A stretch of 64,000 nt of DNA. It comes from a virus (Duplodnaviria; Caudoviricetes). The notes under the pieces are model-generated. The model saw only the letters and a program-made list of their open reading frames with translations. It ran no database searches and was not told where the DNA came from. The DNA lies in IMG/VR virus record IMGVR_UViG_3300011008_000012, positions 32,001 through 96,000 of that record; one strand, written 5' to 3'. Positions 52,401 to 61,000 of this stretch are shown here, one piece after another. Made by a program: the position numbers and the translations under genes. The stretch's first letter is position 1. Every line of letters starts with the position of its first letter.

Positions 52401-53857
52401 TTGACGGTGAGCGAAATGCTCTGCGTCTCATCTGTATCGGTATCATCAGAATAATTGGTGACAGAGAACTTCCCGACCCATGTTCCCGTAGAGTCGCCGC
52501 TCGTATATGTATAAGTGCTTTCCGAAATCTTAACCTGATAGCGAGAGTCTACAATGGTCTTCGCCATGGCGAGCACGGCGCTGTCAGCCGTAGTAGAAGA
52601 GGCGATGCTAATATCCGTAACGGCGACAGTTCCGATATTGGCCGCCGTAAGTAGAGCCGCCTGAGCTGCTGCGCTTGTATCTGAGATGGACGCATCGGGC
52701 ATCAGTTCGTCGGAGAGATAATACACAAAATCGATCACATTATAATAAGCGTCCATAACGGCAGAATAACCTGTCATGGAAGCGCTGATTGTCTGGAGTG
52801 TCGAATCATATATTGTGTATTTATTTATGAGGTTGTTATATGCATTCACAAGATCGGAAGAAACCGTGTAGCCCATCGTCCGGTTGTAGGCGTTGTATAG
52901 CGTGTCGTATGACGTGAGAGCGGCACTTAAATCGTCGGACATATCCTCTCGCATATCATCCGATATATACCAGATATAGTCGGAACCGTTCGGATTGATA
53001 CTTCTCACCGTCGCTGTCATCAGGTCATCGCCCGCCACCAGACGGAAGCAGTTCTTTACCGCGCCTGTATCTGTTGTGTATGTGATATCATCCGTAAGAT
53101 TATCTGTGGATATGAAAATCGTAGTATCATCACCATAACCGGCTTGAAGATTCGTTCCTCCGCAATGCTGGCATACGTCGATGCTGTCGGAGCGCTTGTG
53201 GCAAGTCGACGTCAGACAGTACGACATTAGGTCGTACACTGAGATACTCCGATACATTGCTCCATTGTCGTCTTTGGAACACTTGATCACAAACAGGCAG
53301 CCGATCTCGTCGCCGATCTCCTGAAATGCATCATATAATGTTGTTCCGTCAAAGGTAAAAGTACGCTGGATATCAGCGATAGTTGTATCCACATGATCTA
53401 TCGTATAATGCGGCGCTTTCTCCATGATCCTATGAAGGAGGGAGGCGGATGTATCTGTGGTGTCGTAGAGAACCGTCGGGACATAGTCATCACGCGCAAT
53501 ATCGGTTTCTGTGTTGATCTCTATATCATGGAGCAGTATCTGTGACAACTCTGCCTCGCCGAGCGAAACGCAGGATATAGACTTCATGATTTCTGTCGTC
53601 TCATTCAGATCCAGCGTCAGCTCATAGAAGCTGTCATACTCCGGGCAGTACATCAGCCGGAAGTTCTTGATTTTATCCCACTGATCCGAACACTCCTCCT
53701 TGTACACATCGAACGATACCTCAGACCCGGACATGGAGTCAGAGAAGTGGATATGGCGAGCAGGGAGGAGGCACAGATTTTTACCGCTTCTTGTAGTTAA
53801 AATAAAGGTCGGCTCGGCCACATGCCCGAACCGATCAATTTTCAGCTTTGTTCCCAT
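49409..53857 (-). CDS. Tail hub/spike protein with C-terminal intramolecular chaperone
   Basis: Follows Dit; beta-helix-like repeats; SDENLK...GFGAQ..E...LRYEEFIA plus coiled coil (S74-type). Confidence 0.8.
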   Translation of the reverse strand: MGTKLKIDRFGHVAEPTFILTTRSGKNLCLLPARHIHFSDSMSGSEVSFDVYKEECSDQWDKIKNFRLMYCPEYDSFYELTLDLNETTEIMKSISCVSLGEAELSQILLHDIEINTETDIARDDYVPTVLYDTTDTSASLLHRIMEKAPHYTIDHVDTTIADIQRTFTFDGTTLYDAFQEIGDEIGCLFVIKCSKDDNGAMYRSISVYDLMSYCLTSTCHKRSDSIDVCQHCGGTNLQAGYGDDTTIFISTDNLTDDITYTTDTGAVKNCFRLVAGDDLMTATVRSINPNGSDYIWYISDDMREDMSDDLSAALTSYDTLYNAYNRTMGYTVSSDLVNAYNNLINKYTIYDSTLQTISASMTGYSAVMDAYYNVIDFVYYLSDELMPDASISDTSAAAQAALLTAANIGTVAVTDISIASSTTADSAVLAMAKTIVDSRYQVKISESTYTYTSGDSTGTWVGKFSVTNYSDDTDTDETQSISLTVNDDYTTYVQNKIDKALANKATTSGVTDISGLFALADSESSGTAFKLELQKYCLNRLNTFYDACQACLDVMVEQGTASQESWSDNTYTQIYEPYYNKLNSIAAEIALRESEIATVQGVYDENGGVVTSGVLTELDGIREDVMEALDFQSYLGEALWEEMAAYRREDEYSNSNYISDGLSNSELIANAREFFETAQNEIYKSALMQHSISASLKNLLAMPEFSPIVDSFAVGNYLRIMADGNVYKLRLMSYDIDYESLDVLDVTFSDVVSDASYASEVRKQMQSLGNISGSYDSVKRQAGQGSQSKAQIRNWVQEGLDLTNLKIISNTENQDISWDSHGLLARAYYDDLDNYSDNQVKLTNTGLYVTKDAWKTASAGIGKFIYYDPDTGTNKEGYGVIADTIVGNIILGQNIGVYNGDSSISIKYNGITITDGSDVVFSADTQGNVSVTGAITATSLTLGSNVTVPAGSVSGLSTVATSGSYGDLSGTPTIPSSISDLYGYDTILYRGDVGITETTDASTGIKTTTTTYIDSSGNTITNTTKTNPDGNYIITDIGKGTVPSSTPDNGYSSGFMVSTDGLLKASNALIYGTIYATEGQIGGVTIGSSSIYTNYFSVNSSGYLSATGATISGTITATSGSFTGTIIANDGYIGGSSGWIITSGKIYGGDSTTGVAVMQLPSSSTTYVFAAGGTSHSSYADCPFRVTKAGILYATKITVYGDSTSSYCQMGNGLYIVNNDSSMSSSYLSIRDAAEGYSLILRTSGLTFYSSSSLSGDTGGFSWDGSMMSLKSTLVLNGKYIRFAGGNAKAVAASGSKNTSGQYTSLTLAIGVESTELDTIRADTTTYTSSTTVNTNIRGSNVRLYAHDGGVYLGSSGSTAVVSDENLKELYAIDNKYEDFYNNLTPHLYKYDVGHRLHIGFGAQSVEAALVNAGLTTEDFAGIIIQTDVDIGEDEQVTKSGQTHFDKLYSLRYEEFIALNTFMIQKLMARVNTLETQLNSLL

Positions 53858-53868
53858 CTTAGCTCACC

Positions 53869-54693
53869 TCACATAAAGCTTTTTACGATGGGGTTATAAC
53901 TGATTTGAAGCGTACACGGCTTCGATACAGTGATTGTGTTCTGGCGAGAGGCGTATGTATTCCCGACCTTCATAAAAATGAAGTTGAAGCTTGACGCAAT
54001 ATCATGAGTTGACAGGGAAGAGGTGATAATCATTGGCTCGCCCTGCATAGTGATAACCTCCCCGGAGGTGCAACCGGTAATAGTTGTCACGGTCCCCGTC
54101 ATGGCGTTTGTAATGTTATACGCTCCTGAGTCACTGCATGTCAGCACCACATCCGGATACACATACCCGATGTCATCCGATGGATCGGTGAAGGTGACGT
54201 CCCCGCCAGAAGAGTCCGTTATAGTGTATGTTCTTTGCACAAGCGGCCCATACCCAAAAGGGCTGTCTGTCTCTAAAGTCAGTTCTATACCAAAAAGCTC
54301 GTCCCCTATAGTGATGCGCGAGAGATTGAACCCGGCGTTAAAATAGCACGGGTCACGATATGCGTCATTCTCGTCATCGTATAGAACCATGAATTCGCAG
54401 AACTCTGTACGATTCAGCCACCGGGCGATATCCCGATACTCGTCATCCGTAATCACCATACTGTCGTCATTATCGCAAACATTCTTGCATATCTGAAACG
54501 TTGTTGTGATACAGGAATCGTACTGACTGCTTACAAGAGTAAAAGCCTTGCCGCGACGCTTTGCCACCGTATTGAATGTGATTTCAGCGCCAGCGCTTAC
54601 TGTTTCCAGGCCAGCGCCACCGTCAAAGTGACAGATTATAAAGCCAAAGTCGCTGAGGTATTGGCCGTCATATTCAAAGTCTACCGCGTTCAA
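53869..54693 (-). CDS. Distal tail protein (Dit-like)
   Basis: DFEYDG..LSDFG, WL and DSPFGY; position after the tape measure gene. Confidence 0.7.
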   Translation of the reverse strand: MNAVDFEYDGQYLSDFGFIICHFDGGAGLETVSAGAEITFNTVAKRRGKAFTLVSSQYDSCITTTFQICKNVCDNDDSMVITDDEYRDIARWLNRTEFCEFMVLYDDENDAYRDPCYFNAGFNLSRITIGDELFGIELTLETDSPFGYGPLVQRTYTITDSSGGDVTFTDPSDDIGYVYPDVVLTCSDSGAYNITNAMTGTVTTITGCTSGEVITMQGEPMIITSSLSTHDIASSFNFIFMKVGNTYASRQNTITVSKPCTLQISYNPIVKSFM

Positions 54694-54741
54694 TGCTTCA
54701 CCTTCTTTCGTCGTTTATTTTCTCAGCGAATTATCGCTGTG

Positions 54742-55038
54742 TTATTCATCTTTTGTATCTTGGTACGCGGCGCGTACAGCCGCGATTTGAGTTTCCATCT
54801 CTTCGCGGTATCTTTCACGGAGTTCATGAACACGTTTTAGTACCTCCTGGTACTGATCGCGAATATCGCAAAGCTCTTTCAGAAGCTGTTCATACTCCTG
54901 ATGGGCATCCTCACATTGAGCCGCAGCGAGCTTGATGTCCACGTCTTTTCCTGTGATTACAGAACGAAGCTGCTCATTTTCCTCCTGAAGCGCTGCGATC
55001 TGATCTTCCAATTCTTTAATTTTCTTTTCGTAATCCAT
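54742..55038 (-). CDS. Coiled-coil hypothetical protein
   Basis: GGAGG RBS and heptad pattern. Confidence 0.55.
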   Translation of the reverse strand: MDYEKKIKELEDQIAALQEENEQLRSVITGKDVDIKLAAAQCEDAHQEYEQLLKELCDIRDQYQEVLKRVHELRERYREEMETQIAAVRAAYQDTKDE

Positions 55039-55090
55039 TTCATTCCTCCGATATAATCGTAGGGAGGGCAAAAAGCCCTCCCGTGTAAAC

Positions 55091-58000
55091 CTATATTTTT
55101 ATGCTATACTTATTAAGAGAGCGAGAATCCACCATCTTACCAAGACTCATGGACGCGATAAGCTTTTCAAACTTCGAGTCGCTTTGCATCTGACGAAGCA
55201 TGTCGTTATAGTCCTGAACATGGTCGATCTCGATTGTAACGTTAATGTCTCCAATACTGGAGCTGCGATTGGCGATGTTCGGGCGATGAATACCCAGAGG
55301 CATATCCCCACGCAGCGAACCGATGAGCCCACTGGATAAAGCGGACAACACAGATGCAGCCGAAGCACTACCAGAGATAGCGCCCTTACCGCGCAAGAGA
55401 TCCAACAGGGCGGAGAAGTTTTTCGTGTCCTCTGCATCAAGGATACCCTCAGGCTTATCGGGCGAACCGTCCACCCAGGCAAGGCCGGTGTAATCTGCCA
55501 TACCACCTGTCTTGTAACCTTTGAACTTCTTCCGCATTTTGCTGTAAGAATAATTGGCCGCTTTAAGGCTGTTCTTGGTCGCATACGCGGCCACAGCTTT
55601 TGCGCCCTTACCGACGATAGCCTGGATACCATTATCCGTACCGAAAACCTCTTCCAGAAGTTTCTTCCTGGTAGCACCAGAACCCCAGCCTTGACCACCG
55701 TTCCAGATCGCATAGGCGACGCCGTATTTGATCTTTTCAGTCAACTTGGGCGTGGTCGTTTTGTTTGTCTTATCGGTCTGATTCTTATCTTTGGTTGTAT
55801 CTTTGCTTGAAGTCGTGGAGGTGGAAGTGGTTGACGGAGCCGACTCGGTGGACGTCAGCTGCCCGATGGTAGCAGCCGCCTCGTTGTTGCTAGCCGTAAC
55901 CATCTCCTGAACATTGGCACTAATATCGTTGATAGCCTTTTCTGTCGTGGTTTCCTCGCCTGAATTGTATTCGGTTACTGCCAGCTTGTTAAGATTCTCT
56001 GCGGCAGTCTTCCAAATAGCGCCAAGGGTACCATCCGCTGTGGATATCTTGTAGCCATCTTCTTCAGCGGCCGACTTCAGCGTGTTCCAGATACCACCGG
56101 AATTCTCGTTGACGGCGGTGATCACGTCTCTGATCAGTGCGTCTGTTTCATCCAACCGTTTGGTGAGAGTCGCCTCATACTCCGTATACAGATCGTCAAG
56201 CAGCTGTTTTTGATCCTTGATATACTGCTCGTACTGCGTTTCCTGAAGTTTCTCCTGCGCCTCTGCAAGACTTGTATTGAGCTTTTGCAGACGAGCCCGG
56301 TTCTCCTCTGACGTATCACCGGAGTAAGCGGAGAGCTGCTTCTGGATTTGTGCTACGTTCTTCGTTTGCTCGGCAATCTTTTTCTGATAATCATATAGGG
56401 ACTTGGCAGAATCTAGACTTTCCTTATAGGTGTCTATCAGGTCTTTCAGCGAGGAGAGTTCGAGATTGATACCCTCTTCCACAAGGGAGACGATGGCGTC
56501 TTTCTCTCCCTCAGCCGCGAGAATCGACTTCTGCTGTAAGTCGATCAGCTCTTCGCGGCGCTCAATCAGGTCCGTATTATTCGGGTCTTTTGCTATCTGC
56601 TTTGTGAGTTTTGCAATCTGCGTGGCGTAATCGTCCGCCTGCCGCATATACACGTCGTAGTTTGTGCTGTGCAAGCCCATAGTAGCCATACCAGCGTCTG
56701 TGAGCTGTCCATTTTCTGTAAACAGCTTGGAGTGGCTGAGCAGGTCAACCATGAAGCTAGCCTCAGAGGAAATGCGGGAGATACGCTCTTCCAGATAGTC
56801 GAAGTGGCTCCAGTCGTTCTCGCGAGCTTGCTTGTTGAACTCCGCCATATTTGTCTCGGCTTGCTGAATTGACTCGGCAACGGCATTGATATTCTGTTGC
56901 ATAGCGTACCAAGCTTCAGAGTACTTCTTGATCTCACCGCTTGCCACCGCCGCGTCTCTCGCCGCCGTCAGCTGCTGGAACTCTTGGTTGAGCACGTTGA
57001 GATTCTTTTTCTCCTGCTTCGCCATCTTCGTATAGTATTTCGACGAGACGAGTCTGCCGCGTGCCTCCGCATTGTCGATAGCGCCGTCAAGAGTGTTGGT
57101 CACATGCTCAAAAAGACTAAGACGATCCTCAAAATTGGTTTGAATATTATTGAAGTTATCCTGATACAATGAGCCAAGCTTCTCGTGCAGATCGACAGCG
57201 GCATCCGAGCACTCTTTGCTCTTCTCATACCACTGCTGATACTCCTGAATAAGTTCTGCGGTTGCATCATCGTACTCATTGATATCAATTGTTCCTTCAC
57301 GAACACGCTTCTTCAGGTCGTCTGATAGCCCAACAGACTCCGCCTGCTTCATATAACGAGCGGCGGCCTTCTCGTTCAGGGCGAGCATGTTGTTGACTTC
57401 GCCGATTTCTTTGTTTGTGTTCTTCAGTCGCGTAGAGAGAGTTTGGAAGGAACTACTCGCCTTTGTCGCCAGCTTTGAGATCTTCTTATCCAACCGATCG
57501 ATAGCGATCTCGATCCAGTCAATGACCTCCTTGGCGTCGTCGGCCGCCTTGGTGCTGCTATTGCCGCCGCTGGTAGTGGCGGCCCCGCTGTTGCCGGAAT
57601 AACTTGATGTGTAGCTGCCGAGATTGGCGCTGGAGGTCAAGGCGGGCAGAGTCGCCTGGCTTGTAGTGGGCGTTGATCTGCCGCCGGAGTCCGTCATCAG
57701 CGTATTGACGGTGCCAATCGGGTATGCTCGTCCATGTCCGGCATGACCCGTCCGGAGAAGACCTTCCGTTTGCGCGTGGTTGAAAATAATATCGCCCTTG
57801 TCAATGCCGATGAACTCAGCTCCATTATTACCTACTGTGCGCCATTCGCCGCTTGAAGCATCGACGTATAGTTCTCTGCCTTTTTCGCCTACCAGAACAC
57901 GGCCGCCTTGTTTTGCCCCCATCGTGCCGGAGGCCATGGCGTTGCCATTGACTTGCGCTTCACGATGTACTGTGTTAATATAGGTTGTGACCTGCCTGTT

Positions 58001-61000
58001 TTCGAGAGCATTTAAGCGGCTATTTAATACGTCGAGCTGCCCCATGCCGGAAACATTAACATCGACGTCTACTTTCTTCCCTTCGGTCTCTTCGATGTTT
58101 TGTTGCAGTGCGTCGGTGGCTTCGTTGGCCTCTTCTGTACTGACTTGCATATCAGTCTGGAGATCATCCGGAACAACTTCTGCCCAATTAATGTCAGCGA
58201 CCTGACCATACTCCTTGATCATCGCCGCAAGCTCTTCACGGCTCATATGCATAACCTGGGCGAAGGCATCAAATGCGTCGTTGTCGGCTATCGACAGGGT
58301 CACCTCATCGCCAACACGGTCAATTTCTACGCCGACCTCAGAAAGCTCATCCTTGAGGGCTACGGCGCTATCGATCCAATTCGATAACCCCTTTGTGCCA
58401 TACCGGTCATCTGTCGCTCCGTCATACCATGCCTCACGTTCGGCGATCAGTGCCTCCAGCTGTCTGGCGGCACTCTCCAAGCCTTGTGAGAAGTCTATGA
58501 ACTGCGTAAGCCCCATCTTCTCAGCGATATCCCACGTTTTGGCTTCGGAGCCGATAATCCCCTTACCGAGGAGTTCTTCCATTTCCTCAACTGCTTCGGC
58601 GTAGGTGATGTATTCGTTATTGGTATCGGCGCTCAGAGATTTCTTTAGCTCGTCGGCGGCCTCTTCTACGCCACGCATAGAGTCGGCAAGCATACCATAG
58701 TGTTCTGCAAGCTCGTCAACCGGGTCGACGGGTAGGTTACGGGCGGCATTGATGACACTCTTCAACGCGGTCGTCTGCTCGTCGGTCAGGTCGGCTGTTT
58801 TAGCAAAATCTTCCAAAGACCTGATGAAGTCATCCGGCGATTCACGCAATAGCTTCTTTAAGCCTTCTTCAAGATTTCCGAAGCCTTCTGCTTCCGCGTC
58901 AATATATTCCAGAAGCTCAGGGAACTGCTGAACTAGCTCAAAGACACCCTCCGGCGTTATGTCGCCATTTCGCAGATCAACCAAAGCGGTAGTCAATGTA
59001 TCGATGTCCGAGGTAAGGGTGCCAAGCCCTTCAAGTGTTTCTGAGAGCCTAAGGTTGTCATACTCATGCCGAATGGCTGCGACGCTTTCTGCGACGCCCA
59101 TATTGGCAAAATCGAGGTTTGATGCTGCCTCTGCGACGAGATCGAGTTCGTCGTCGCCTATCTCTCTGATCCACGACAAAAGCTCGACTCCGAACTGCTC
59201 CTTTAAGGTCGCAAGCGCTTCAGACCCGTATCTGCCAGCTGTTTTGGCCGCGCCATTAGAACCGGCAAATATGTCCCAAATATCGTCCAGCGCGTCCGTG
59301 AGCTCTTCGGATAACCCAACGAATTTATTTAGTTCTTTTTCCGCAGGCTTGGCCTCGTCGGCAAGAGCCTTAAACCCGTCCGCGATTTGTCCTATAGTCC
59401 ATCCGGCAAAACTAAAGCCGTTTCCAGAGAAAAGATCGTAAAGCTGTTTAACGTCTTCGGGAGACATATCGCTGACAAACTCGTCCCATGCGGTGCGCCA
59501 CTCGTCAAGCGCCTTTGCCGTCTGACGCTCGGTCATCCCCTCGGTATCGATACCGCCGAGGACGCTTTCCCACATCTGCCGTATAGCCTCATCGACGTTG
59601 ATTATACCGATGTTGCTATTGATCGTATTGGCAACAGCTTCCGCAAAGTCCTCGCCGGTCTCCATGCCGGCTTCAACAGCGGCCAGCTTCAGAACACTTT
59701 CGGGAAATAGTTCAGATACATCTTCGGCGCTGATACCGTTGTTCCCGGTTGCCTTCTCTTTGAGCGCATCGATAAACGGCTGATTCATTGACCCAGATAT
59801 GAAGTCGTCGACAGCCTTCTGGGCATCACGAGCAACCTCTTCTTCGGTCTTGGTGTAATCGATAATCTCTTTAATCTGGTCAAGCCAATCTGCGTTGGCC
59901 TCTGGAGCCAAAGAGAGAGTTGAGTAGATGCTGAGCAGCGTATCAAGATCCTCAGCAAGAAGCTCGCGATACTCATCGGCACCATCGTTGACCATCTCCT
60001 GCTCGAACTGGATCTTTTCCAACAGATTCATATTCCGCAGGACCGACGTTCCTTCGCCTCGTGCAAGGCTATAATCTATCCCAACATCAACAACTTGAGT
60101 TTTTGACAATAGTTTTCGCGCGTCGTCTATTGCCTCTTGTTGTTCAAGAGCTGCTATCTGTCGTTTTAGCTCTAACTGTGATTCAAGGTCTGAGTTCGCC
60201 GTTTCAAGCCGACTAAGTTCCTCTTGCTCAACGAGTGTGAGTCCGCCCTTGGCATTCAACTCGTCGATTCGCGTCTGTGTGGTGTTTAACTCAGAATTTA
60301 GACTCTCTATATCAGACTGTGCACTGTCATAAGCAGCCCTGGATTTCTCCGCTGCTTTCTTGGCCTCATTAAAGGATACTATAAGCGCATCAACAATTTT
60401 TACAACGCCTACTATCAGGGATGCTGCGGCGACAAAGCCAAATATTCCCGTCGATAGCGCACCCATTCCTTCTGCTGCGAGGTTAGCCGCTGTGGCAAGA
60501 TCTTTAATGGATGTAACTCCAGTTGCAAGCCCACTTGTTGTAAATAGAGCGCTTAATGTTTGCTTGAGTATCAAATAATTTGTCGATATATATTTATGGA
60601 TACATATCAATTTGGAGGGTGATTATATGGACCAAATTACAGACCAACTTCTTAAAATCAAGTCGCTTTGGGATAATGGCGTGTTATCTGAAAGTGAATT
60701 CAACGAGTTGAAACAAAGGATTATTTCAGAAGATTACCATTCGACAGACAATGAATCTGAAACAAAGGAAAAATTGTATACAGTTAGCCTTGTAGCGTAT
60801 ACAAGGGAACAAAAAATTCCGACAATTCAAACAATCCGCGAACTAACCGGATTGGGATTGGCCGATGCAAAAGATCTGATCGAAACCTTGCCGCACGTTA
60901 TTCGCGATAATGTACCAATGTCTGAATGTATTGATATCAAAAACAGTTTTGCGACCAATAAAGCAGTGGTTGTTATAGAAGAATCCCGGGTCACGTCAGA

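Noticed and set aside
60584-60610. TTG start for the 1839-aa ORF
   Set aside because: No RBS; the first nine codons are the intron 3' end
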